A stretch of 64,000 nt of DNA from an uncultured Oscillospiraceae bacterium (GTDB lineage: Bacteria; Bacillota; Clostridia; Oscillospirales; Oscillospiraceae), in contig CABVDR010000004.1 of the NCBI GenBank assembly GCA_902497145.1, positions 15,459-79,458 on the forward strand. Reading direction: 5' to 3'. Numbering within the stretch: the stretch's first letter is position 1; the number at the start of each line of letters is the position of its first letter. Below, piece by piece: positions 55,853 through 64,000 of this stretch. The translations under genes and the position numbers were made by a program. The notes under the pieces are model-generated. The model was given only the letters and a program-made list of their open reading frames with translations, was not told the origin of the DNA and ran no database searches.

Positions 55853-56314
55853 TCATTGCTTCACTGGGTGTGGAATTGTGATTTTCTCCACCTTGATCGT
55901 GCCATCGGCCACCTCGGCCATCATCATCGTGATCTCCTGATGAAACCGCCGGGGACCACAGGAGCCTGGATTGAGCCACAGACGGCCGTCCTTTTCTTCC
56001 TGCACATACTTGTGGGAGTGGCCGAACACCACGATATCCACTCCAGAGAGGTCCGCCGGGACCTCTTTTTTGTTGTGGACCATGCAGAAGGTCACGCCGC
56101 CCAGAGTGATGGTGAGATCGTGGGGGATTTCCTGCGCCCACTCCTTGTCGTTGTTGCCCCGGACAATGTAGAGGGGAGCATACTGACGCAGTTCATCCAC
56201 GATGCCGGGGGTGTTGATGTCGCCGCCGTGAAGAATGGCATCCGCAGTATTCAGATGCTCTGTTACCTCAGGCCGCAGCAGGCCGTGAGTGTCGGAGAGA
56301 ATAGCCAATCTCAT
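55853..56314 (-). CDS. Metallophosphoesterase (YfcE-like)
   Basis: SDTHG, HGGD, VRGNND, GHSH, NPGS. Confidence 0.9.
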   Translation of the reverse strand: MRLAILSDTHGLLRPEVTEHLNTADAILHGGDINTPGIVDELRQYAPLYIVRGNNDKEWAQEIPHDLTITLGGVTFCMVHNKKEVPADLSGVDIVVFGHSHKYVQEEKDGRLWLNPGSCGPRRFHQEITMMMAEVADGTIKVEKITIPHPVKQ

Positions 56315-57021
56315 GTGTTTTCTCCCAGGGTCCAGCCGAAGTCGTTGTGGTAAATCATTTGGCGGGTCATGCCTCCGTCGATGCAGATATTTTCCCCGGT
56401 AATGAAGCCAGCCTTGTCCGAGCAGAGGTAGAGGACCATGTTGGCAATGTCCAGGGGATTGCCAACCCGGCCGGCAGGGTGCTGGGCGGCATCGGGACCC
56501 TGATAGACGGTGTAGTCCGTGTCGATCCAGCCCGGAGAGATGGAGTTTACCCGCACTTTGCCGCTCAGACTTACCGCCAGAGCGTGGGTCAGGGCGGAGA
56601 TGCCGCCTTTGGCCGCCGTGTAGCTCTCTGTCTGAGGTTGGCTCATCCGGTCCCGGGAGGAGGAGATATTGACGATAGCGCCGCCGGGGGCGAAGTGAGG
56701 AATAAACAGCTTGGTGAGGTAAAAGGGAGCGGTGACTCCCACCCGCAGGGCGTAATTGAACTGCTCGTAGGTACATTCGTCGATGCCCTTCATCACAGGC
56801 AGGGCGTTGTTGACTAAAAAGTCCACATGGCCGTGGTCGGCGATGACCTTGCGGGAAAAGTCCTCCAAAACAGCCTGGTCGGCCAGATCACCCACAAAAT
56901 AGTCGTTGGGCAGCCGGTCGATGACACAAACCTGGGCTCCAGCTTCACGGAATTGCTCCGCAATGGCCTTGCCGATACCCTTGGCGCCGCCGGTAACCAC
57001 AGCAACTTTGTTTTCAAACAT
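56311..57021 (-). CDS. SDR family oxidoreductase
   Basis: TGGAKGIG, VNNA, YTAAK. Confidence 0.92.
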   Translation of the reverse strand: MFENKVAVVTGGAKGIGKAIAEQFREAGAQVCVIDRLPNDYFVGDLADQAVLEDFSRKVIADHGHVDFLVNNALPVMKGIDECTYEQFNYALRVGVTAPFYLTKLFIPHFAPGGAIVNISSSRDRMSQPQTESYTAAKGGISALTHALAVSLSGKVRVNSISPGWIDTDYTVYQGPDAAQHPAGRVGNPLDIANMVLYLCSDKAGFITGENICIDGGMTRQMIYHNDFGWTLGENT

Positions 57022-57033
57022 CGTATATCCTCC

Positions 57034-57348
57034 TTAGTCTGCGTTTTCGTCCAGAGCCTCCACCAGAAAGCTCACCGGACGGAAGCCGTCGTTGCAGGAG
57101 AGCATGGCGGACTTGGGATTTTTCATCCAGCCGTCGTAGAAGTTTTCCCCACCGTGGCTCAGAGCCAGCACGAAGGGGGAGAGGGTGTCCCAGGCACTTT
57201 GGCAAAAGCCCTCCGGTTTTTCCCAGCCGTTGGCGAGAAAGACCTGTCCCACCTCCATGTCACAGGCGTGGGAGATGGGGTTCTCGTATTGTGCCATCAG
57301 GTCCTCATATTGGGTGATGCGCATGACGGTAATTCTGCATTTTTTCAT
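57034..57348 (-). CDS. TIGR04076 family protein
   Basis: C....G..F, PEGFC.SAW, CNDGFRPVSF. Confidence 0.8.
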   Translation of the reverse strand: MKKCRITVMRITQYEDLMAQYENPISHACDMEVGQVFLANGWEKPEGFCQSAWDTLSPFVLALSHGGENFYDGWMKNPKSAMLSCNDGFRPVSFLVEALDENAD

Positions 57349-57755
57349 ATGATGATCCCTTCACAGTGGTCGATCTCGTGCTGGATGATCTGAGCCGTCC
57401 ACCCGGTGAAGGTTTTCAGCCGCTCCTGGAACTTCTCATTCTGCCAGCGCACCTTAATGGATTTCCACCGCTTGGCAGGGCGAGTGCCGGTGAGGGAGAG
57501 ACAGCCCTCTTCCGCGTCATAGAGCCCGGATTTCTTGATGATCTCCGGGTTGAACATGACCATATAGCTGCCCTCGTTGTCAAAGGCAATGATGCGTTTG
57601 TTGACGCCGATCATATTGGCTGCCATGCCTACGCAGCCGGCCTTGTGGTGTTCCAGGGTCTCCAGCAGATCAGCCGCAATCTGGATGTCGTCGGGGGTGG
57701 CTGGCTCCGCCTTCTGGGAAAGGAACGTTTCGTCCTTGCAGATCTCTCGAATCAT
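57345..57755 (-). CDS. def: Short peptide deformylase
   Basis: CVGMAANMIG, EGCLS, QHEIDH. Confidence 0.88.
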   Translation of the reverse strand: MIREICKDETFLSQKAEPATPDDIQIAADLLETLEHHKAGCVGMAANMIGVNKRIIAFDNEGSYMVMFNPEIIKKSGLYDAEEGCLSLTGTRPAKRWKSIKVRWQNEKFQERLKTFTGWTAQIIQHEIDHCEGIII

Positions 57756-57783
57756 GGTTGTTTCTCCTTATGTGTTTGAATAG

Positions 57784-58521
57784 CTAGCGTGAGCAATCCC
57801 AGCCCAGCACCGTTTGAAGTGCAGACTCCGTGGCAGCCGGAAAGGCTTTCCGTATCTGCTGATAAACCAGCTCCTTGGACTGGGCAGGCTCAAAGCCGTA
57901 GGCGGAGGAGATGTGTTCATAGCCCCACAGCGCCTCTGGGGTGGTATACACGGAGATGGGCCACCCATAGGGCTGGCCCTTTTTGTTGAGGCGCTGCCGG
58001 AAGTCTCGGATCAGCAGATAGCCTCCCATCTGGAGATCGGTCACCGTCCCCTCAAAGTTTTTTTCGCCCGCCTTGCCAAATCCGGCCAGGCGTTTGAGTT
58101 CAAAGGAAAATAGTTCATTCTGGACAGCAAACTGGTCCATGATGCGTTTTTGGCGCACACTGGCCAGCTCCTCGTCCCAGCGGCTGTCAAAGTCATAGCC
58201 GCAGCGCCGCCAGTTGGCGAAGTGGGGAAACCATGCCTTGGAGATAAAACCGGCCTTTTTGCCAAAGAATTTGCCATAGGCCACCTGACCGCTGCGGGCA
58301 ATGAGCTGCCGCCACTCCCAGGGATCCTGCTCCTGGTCACCGCTCCACCAGTAGAGGTCGGAGGTGTGCTCCTCGGCGGAAAAGCCGTGGATTTCATTTT
58401 TAAAAAGGGGCAGAAATCCCACTTCATTGATCCAGTGGATCAGTTCCTGCCAGCTGCGGATGCGGCAGGGATCATCCCAATGGAGTCCCCGCATGATCCA
58501 TACACCATCTTCAATGGCCAT
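57784..58521 (-). CDS. AlkZ-related winged-helix protein
   Basis: GFLPLF, PWEWR, YGKFF.KKAGFIS, YGW motifs. Confidence 0.65.
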   Translation of the reverse strand: MAIEDGVWIMRGLHWDDPCRIRSWQELIHWINEVGFLPLFKNEIHGFSAEEHTSDLYWWSGDQEQDPWEWRQLIARSGQVAYGKFFGKKAGFISKAWFPHFANWRRCGYDFDSRWDEELASVRQKRIMDQFAVQNELFSFELKRLAGFGKAGEKNFEGTVTDLQMGGYLLIRDFRQRLNKKGQPYGWPISVYTTPEALWGYEHISSAYGFEPAQSKELVYQQIRKAFPAATESALQTVLGWDCSR

Positions 58522-58842
58522 GGCCGACATCTCCTTTTTTCGCCTGGTTACAGGAATTATAGCACAGCGATGAGGGAAAAGCCATGGTGTACCGGAAGCA
58601 TAGACAAATGGGTCAATGTTCAAATATAAAAATAAAAGGCCAAATCTTTTCAGAATTTGCCCTTTGCTGCTGGCCATAGGACCAAGTAAAATGAGTGGAG
58701 ATAAATTCCGCAAATGCTCTTCTGCAATCAACATCTTGTGCTATAATTGAATCCTATGGTGGATCTTCCGCTATCCAACTTGATTGCTTCTTTGAAGTAT
58801 GAGAATGTACATATGAAAAATGTTTGGAAGGAGACAAATATT

Positions 58843-60093
58843 ATGGGACGATTTTTTAGTGATACCGTAGAATCGGCGCTTCGGGATATTTACTATCAGA
58901 TGTGGACTGGACGGGGACAGCAGGCGCTCCAGAGTCTGGAGCAGGCCTCCGCCGCCGGGGATGGGGATGCCAGCTGTCTGCTGGCCCGGTGCTACTGCGG
59001 AAGCCAGTATGTATGGGAGGGACACCACTTCCCAGAGGATGACCGTAAGGCCACCCGGCTTCTCCACAAATCGGTGGAACAGGGCAGTGCCATCGGGGTG
59101 CTGGTCGCGCTCCGGTCTGGGGAAATGACGCAGGCGGTCCAGGCAAAGATGCCTTTTGAAAGTCTTCAGGAGGCATTTGATCAGGTTTTAGCCAAGGCCA
59201 AGGCTGGAGAGCCCTTCTGTCAATACACCATCGGCAATTCCTATTTCTGGTGGGATTTTCTCCGCATCCAAGGTAAGCGCCGGGAGGATTTCTCCAGCAT
59301 GGATGCCTTCCGCTCCTATCTTCGGGAAAATATCTCCCAGTGTGAGGACTGGTTCTGGAAGGCTTTCCGGGGTGGCGTGTTCTGGGGAGGCAACAACCTA
59401 AAGCACTATTATCAAAACGGGGATGAGGACATTATCCTTCCCCACCCGGAGAAAGCCGAGGACATCAACCGCATCGGGGCAGAGTATGGTTACCCCAACT
59501 ATCAGTATGAGTATGGCCGGCAGCTCCGGGAGGCCAAGCAGTATGACGAGGCCTTCCGCTGGCTGAAAAAGGCTGTGGACCACGGGGAACTGTCTGCCTG
59601 CTTCTATCTGGGGTTGAGCTATGAATGGGGCCAGGGTGTAGAGACCGATGTTACCAAGGCTGCTGAATGTTACATCAAGGGATTGGAGGTTGTTCCTCAC
59701 CGGGTGGGCTGCAGTAACCGGCTGGGTGCCTTCTATTATGATGGAGAAGGCGTGGAGCGGGACTATGCCAAGGCCTTCCAGCTGCTCAAATGGGCCTATG
59801 ACCAGGACAACACCAACAACTGGGGCGCTTACTATCTCGGTGCCTGCTATGCCTACGGCCGCGGCACCCAGCAGGACTATGCCCTTGCCCGGAAGTTTTT
59901 GGAGATGGTGGACTGGAACAGCACAAATGCCTTTTATCTTCTGGGCTATCTCTATGCCAGAGGTCTGGGCGGCCCGGAGGATATTGCAAAGGGGGTTGCC
60001 CTGCTCCAAAAGGCTGGAGACCGGGCCGATGCCAAGGAGGAACTGAAGCACTATAAAAAGACTTTCTTTGGCGGAAAGTGGGTTCGCCGGTAA
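58843..60093 (+). CDS. Sel1-repeat protein (copy 2)
   Basis: Sel1 repeats; collinear paralog of 33322-34563. Confidence 0.9.
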   Translation: MGRFFSDTVESALRDIYYQMWTGRGQQALQSLEQASAAGDGDASCLLARCYCGSQYVWEGHHFPEDDRKATRLLHKSVEQGSAIGVLVALRSGEMTQAVQAKMPFESLQEAFDQVLAKAKAGEPFCQYTIGNSYFWWDFLRIQGKRREDFSSMDAFRSYLRENISQCEDWFWKAFRGGVFWGGNNLKHYYQNGDEDIILPHPEKAEDINRIGAEYGYPNYQYEYGRQLREAKQYDEAFRWLKKAVDHGELSACFYLGLSYEWGQGVETDVTKAAECYIKGLEVVPHRVGCSNRLGAFYYDGEGVERDYAKAFQLLKWAYDQDNTNNWGAYYLGACYAYGRGTQQDYALARKFLEMVDWNSTNAFYLLGYLYARGLGGPEDIAKGVALLQKAGDRADAKEELKHYKKTFFGGKWVRR

Positions 60094-60119
60094 AAAGGGG
60101 AATTTTCTTGCTTAGGTAT

Positions 60120-62018
60120 TTATGACATATGCTCTGAAAGCTCCCGGGGCAGGGACTTTCCGCTCTTTTCCAGCTCGGATTTTAGCGAGAAGATGACACG
60201 CGCAGCATCTATTTTGTCCAAATCGGCCGCCATGGCGGCCACCGCTGCCCCCCTGGCAGCGGCGTAGATTCGCGCTGGGCTCAGCTCCGCTTGGGCCAGT
60301 TGGGCAAAGGGAAGGGCGCCATCCCGGCGCTCCTCCGGAATGGCCTGACGCCAAAGTGTTTCCCGCAGAGAGCAATCGGGGAGAGTAAAACGGACAATAT
60401 ACTGCAGCCGGCGTAAAAAAGCATCGTCAAAGTTGCTCAGCAGATTGGTAGACAGCAGCGCTACGCCCTCATACTGCTCAATCTCCTGCAAAAGGTAGGA
60501 GGTAGAGAGATTGGCGTATTTATCATGCCCCGTGGATACGCTGGCCCGTTTTCCAAACAGAGAGTCAGCCTCATCAAAAAGGAGAACGCAGTGGTTCTCC
60601 CTGGCGCATTGGAACAGCCGTCCGAGGTGCTTTTCCGTTTCCCCCACGTACTTGTCCATGATCTGGGACAGATCAGCCCGCAGCAGGGGGAGCCCCAGCT
60701 CATGGGCAATGGCGAAAGCGGCCATAGTCTTGCCAGTGCCGGAGGGGCCGTGAAATACCGCGGTTACCCCTTCCTTTGCCTGGGGCAGACCCCACTGTAT
60801 CAAACGAGGGGCGCATTGGGCTGCCTGGCAGATCAGCCTTAGCTGTGTCAGGATATGCTGAGGCAGTACCATGTCCTCCAGGGATATATGTACATCATAA
60901 ACAAGCCCAAACTCCAGTGCCCCGCCCTGCTGCAAAAGTGCCCCACGCACATCTTCCTGCGTTACTTGAAGCCGCCCTGCTTTTCCGGACAACCGGATGG
61001 CATGGGCGGCGATTTTTTTGAGAGCTCCCACCGTCATAGCTCCATCAGGCAGGGCATCAGGCAGAGCTTGGGGAACAAAAGCGCGCCATGCCATTTCCCG
61101 GGCCTGCGGGGACAGCTGCCGGGGTAGATGCACCGTCTCACAGTCCCCTCTGAGCTCCCGGTCACTCTCCACCAGAATCGCCAGAGAAACGGCATGGCGA
61201 CAGCACATGCGCTTCAGCGCAGCCAGTGCAGCCCGGGTTTCATCCGGGAGCGCACACACCGGTGCATCCAGCAGCCTGGCTAACACCCCAATCTCCCGCA
61301 GCGTGTGGTCTTGATCCAAGGGGGAGAGAGGGAAGATCTGGGTCAGATCGATCAACACCACAGGTCCGCAGGCCTGAAGCAGGAGAGTGCGCCGCCCGCT
61401 CCCCTCAGGGCCGCAGAGGCACAAAGGGTGTTCTGCGCCACTGCTCCACCACTCAGATACCTGAGCCAGTGGGGTCTCATAAAGCGGCAGCCACGGCTCC
61501 TCCGGCTCCTGGAGGAGCGTACAGCCAGGAATATCTGCCGCCTGAAACCCGGTAAGAAAGGCAAACGTACTTCGGCATAAAATCAAAGGGCGTTCCAAGG
61601 GGTAAACGGTCAGCTCTGATGTGGTGAGCAAAAGAGAACAAAGCGTGTTCGGTCCGGCCAACTCCGCCAAGGTTTGGCAGGAGCTGGGGCAGAGAGGGCC
61701 AATCAACTGCAAACCATACTCTATTGTGGGGAACTGGAGCCCGTACCGGCGGCGAAAGCGACTGCGCAGTCCGCCGTCCATTTCCAGCGCCAAAGCTGCC
61801 ATAGTCAGCAGAAAATCCCGCTCATTCAGGGCAAACTGCTGCCGCAGGCTGGAGGGAGCAAGCTGGATGGCCTCCGGCGTGGCCTGCTCTCTGAATAAAA
61901 TATCCTGCCGCATCTGCTGACACAGTGCGTCGTTGGGTGACTCTTCGCTGAGCGCTTGAAAGAGGGCCAGGTAATCGAGAATACAGTCGCTGTTTGTCTG
62001 GTATCCGGTCAAAGCCAT
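60120..62018 (-). CDS. AAA+ ATPase, Afp15/Pvc15-like
   Basis: Degenerate first AAA (GPEGSGRR) and intact second AAA (GPSGTGKT, KYVGETEK, FDEADSLFGKR, DKYAN...YLLQ.IE, D.AFLRR). Confidence 0.88.
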   Translation of the reverse strand: MALTGYQTNSDCILDYLALFQALSEESPNDALCQQMRQDILFREQATPEAIQLAPSSLRQQFALNERDFLLTMAALALEMDGGLRSRFRRRYGLQFPTIEYGLQLIGPLCPSSCQTLAELAGPNTLCSLLLTTSELTVYPLERPLILCRSTFAFLTGFQAADIPGCTLLQEPEEPWLPLYETPLAQVSEWWSSGAEHPLCLCGPEGSGRRTLLLQACGPVVLIDLTQIFPLSPLDQDHTLREIGVLARLLDAPVCALPDETRAALAALKRMCCRHAVSLAILVESDRELRGDCETVHLPRQLSPQAREMAWRAFVPQALPDALPDGAMTVGALKKIAAHAIRLSGKAGRLQVTQEDVRGALLQQGGALEFGLVYDVHISLEDMVLPQHILTQLRLICQAAQCAPRLIQWGLPQAKEGVTAVFHGPSGTGKTMAAFAIAHELGLPLLRADLSQIMDKYVGETEKHLGRLFQCARENHCVLLFDEADSLFGKRASVSTGHDKYANLSTSYLLQEIEQYEGVALLSTNLLSNFDDAFLRRLQYIVRFTLPDCSLRETLWRQAIPEERRDGALPFAQLAQAELSPARIYAAARGAAVAAMAADLDKIDAARVIFSLKSELEKSGKSLPRELSEHMS

Positions 62019-62920
62019 CACTCCAAAATCACCTCGTCATACTCCGGTCCGTCCAGCTCGCATACCGGCGTTTGGGTCAGAACCGCATTTTCGTCCAGAT
62101 AACTGTGTCCATCCATAGACGCGCCGTCCTTCAGGTGGATCAGCTTATAGGACACACCCAGAGGGATAAAGTCCGGCAGGAGCGCGCGCAGCTGCCTGGC
62201 ATCTTCCGTGAGGACCTGAGAAGAGAGCAGAATGGAGACCTCCGGGACAGCAAAAGAGGCATCCGAACTGCTTTGAGTCTGTCCTTCAATAATTTGACAG
62301 GAGCGCCCGGTGATCAGACGAGCAAGAAGCTGTAATCCCCGGCGGGTGCCCCGTAGCCGGGCCAGCAAGGAGGCGTGGGGGAGAATTTTTTTGGTAACAG
62401 CAGGTTCCATAGCCCACCGCCGCGCCCCCAGCCAACGGGGCAGCTGAGGCAGAACATTGGGACCAGCAGGATCCAAACGCTGAGGAAACCGGCGCATCTG
62501 GTCGTTAAGATCCATATATCCGGATTGGTAGACGCCCAGCAGTGTGCGCAAGGTGTCGTCATTCTGAAGGACAAAAGGCAGACCATCCGTGATAGAGCGG
62601 CCGGGGAAGGAGAGGGTGAAGCCCAGCAGCGCGGCCCCCGGTTCGGCGGTGAAAGCCAGATACTGTCCCCGTACTCCGTACAGCAGCAGATCGTTAGCGG
62701 TGTGGACTAAGACGGGGTGAAGGTCCGTGATAGACTGCTGTGGTGTATCGGCAACAAAGACCCGCACTTGAGGTGCGACCGGGGCGTCCAGAGTCAGCCG
62801 CAGCCACTCCATACCAGGGGACAGCCCACGGTACCAGCGGGAGCAAAATAAGTTTTCTTTCAATATGCCGCATTGGGTCAGGTCATAGCTGGAGCGGTAG
62901 CGGCGCAGTGGTTGTTCCAT
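62018..62920 (-). CDS. Phage tail/baseplate wedge protein (P2 gpI-like)
   Basis: LP......D.TL..LL, LDP......L..L..WLG, RGT..GL..L motifs. Confidence 0.75.
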   Translation of the reverse strand: MEQPLRRYRSSYDLTQCGILKENLFCSRWYRGLSPGMEWLRLTLDAPVAPQVRVFVADTPQQSITDLHPVLVHTANDLLLYGVRGQYLAFTAEPGAALLGFTLSFPGRSITDGLPFVLQNDDTLRTLLGVYQSGYMDLNDQMRRFPQRLDPAGPNVLPQLPRWLGARRWAMEPAVTKKILPHASLLARLRGTRRGLQLLARLITGRSCQIIEGQTQSSSDASFAVPEVSILLSSQVLTEDARQLRALLPDFIPLGVSYKLIHLKDGASMDGHSYLDENAVLTQTPVCELDGPEYDEVILE

Positions 62921-62934
62921 AGCAGCTTCTCCTC

Positions 62935-64000
62935 TCATTGGGACTGTGAAACATGGAATTGCGCCAGATAGGGCAGCATATCGGGAGCAGGTTGGAGGCT
63001 TCCGTCTGGCAGACGTGTTACCTCCTCTGTCAAGGTGGTCAGCTCCAGCTTCTGGACCGTGCGCACATGGGCCACGCTGCCTAATGCGGCATACAGCCCG
63101 GTGTATGAAATCTCAGCTCCAAAGTCCAGGGGTCCTGTCACCCCATCAGTCAAGGACAGCGCAGCCTGGTATAACGAATCCTGATCCACCGGCTCCGTAG
63201 TCAACAGGGTAACTTGCACCCGAAGGGGACAGTACCGGGGGCCACGGATCTCCAGAGGCACCCCAAGCAGCCGACATGGCGACAAAAAGTCGGACAGACA
63301 CTTCTGCTGCCAGGAGGTAAGGACGGGCTGAGGCAGGTGAGATTTTGGTTTGGCCAACAAGACCACTCCAGGACCTGTCCCGCCCAGCCTGCATTTGGGT
63401 AGAGCCCGTACCCGCTCCAGGGCCAGACCGGGGGCGCGCCGGGCCAAAAGTTCATAGTCCCGGCAGGTTACCGCCCGCATTGGCTCCTCCTGCTCCCGGG
63501 CGGCCCGGAGAAAGGCATCTCTGGGAGGCTCAGCGTCCTGACCCCCTTGAGCCGGCGTCAGGGGGATAAGAGCCGCACCGTCTTCACGCACCAGAGGCCC
63601 CATAACTCCGCTGCCTGCGCCGCCCAAGGTCCGTACACAGCTGACAATCAGTACTTGACCCTGAGGTGGGGGAAGATAGTCCCGACCGTCTCCAAAGCGG
63701 AGGGTGCGGCTCTTTGCTTCCCAACGGCAGCCCCGAGACAGGGTTTTTCCCTCCACCGGCTGGCAGACGGGGAAGTCATACCACACCCCATCTTCTTCCA
63801 CCATGACCTGAAGAGCGTCTGGCCACAGGCTATCCTCTTGGATTGAAAGCGTTTCCATAGCAATTCCCTGAAGAGAGCAGAGGGCGTGAAAGTCGGGTTC
63901 CACCGCTGCAACCCGTATGATTTGAGGGGGGGCATCTGTCCAGCCGGTGACGTGTCCTCCTGGGTCCAGATGAAAGGCCATTTGTTTCCAGCCCTCGCTC
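62935..64000 (-). CDS. Baseplate J/gp47-like protein, 5' part outside the window
   Basis: LRFGDG, GG.D.E, RAVTCRDYELLA, L...RLLG, FG motifs; the frame stays open to the window edge. Confidence 0.85.
   Translation of the reverse strand, partial: SEGWKQMAFHLDPGGHVTGWTDAPPQIIRVAAVEPDFHALCSLQGIAMETLSIQEDSLWPDALQVMVEEDGVWYDFPVCQPVEGKTLSRGCRWEAKSRTLRFGDGRDYLPPPQGQVLIVSCVRTLGGAGSGVMGPLVREDGAALIPLTPAQGGQDAEPPRDAFLRAAREQEEPMRAVTCRDYELLARRAPGLALERVRALPKCRLGGTGPGVVLLAKPKSHLPQPVLTSWQQKCLSDFLSPCRLLGVPLEIRGPRYCPLRVQVTLLTTEPVDQDSLYQAALSLTDGVTGPLDFGAEISYTGLYAALGSVAHVRTVQKLELTTLTEEVTRLPDGSLQPAPDMLPYLAQFHVSQSQ

Overview
A 64-kb chromosomal segment from a GC-rich, spore-forming Clostridia-type gut anaerobe. 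An Oscillospiraceae-like origin is an inference from gene content, sigma-K promoters and codon style. It holds about 67 CDS: MarR/YczE, a MATE pump, a galactose/glucose ABC system (mglBAC) with its own binding-protein/kinase/AraC-regulator module, codBA, a 2-hydroxyacyl-CoA dehydratase-activase cluster, a flavodoxin/hydrolase/CMD-cupin cluster, yhaM, two paralogous Sel1-repeat genes, a four-gene restriction-modification island, a sigma-K spore-surface glycoprotein/glycosyltransferase locus, and at the right edge the last three genes (baseplate J-like, tail I-like, AAA+ ATPase) of a contractile injection system-like locus. I recognised no tRNA, rRNA, CRISPR array or transposase. The strongest unexplained signal is at 36.8-38.3 kb: a palindrome-bearing promoter drives an unknown 210-aa helical protein, followed directly by a ~350-nt segment with long-range self-complementarity and an A-poor pyrimidine-rich core (candidate large ncRNA), faced by an XRE regulator. 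Other highlights are a tandem twin-terminator leader with identical loop motifs upstream of the MATE gene, a circularly permuted MglB, an extra nuclease-like gene inside the RM operon, and the contractile injection system fragment. All family calls come from motif recognition by eye, not from database searches.
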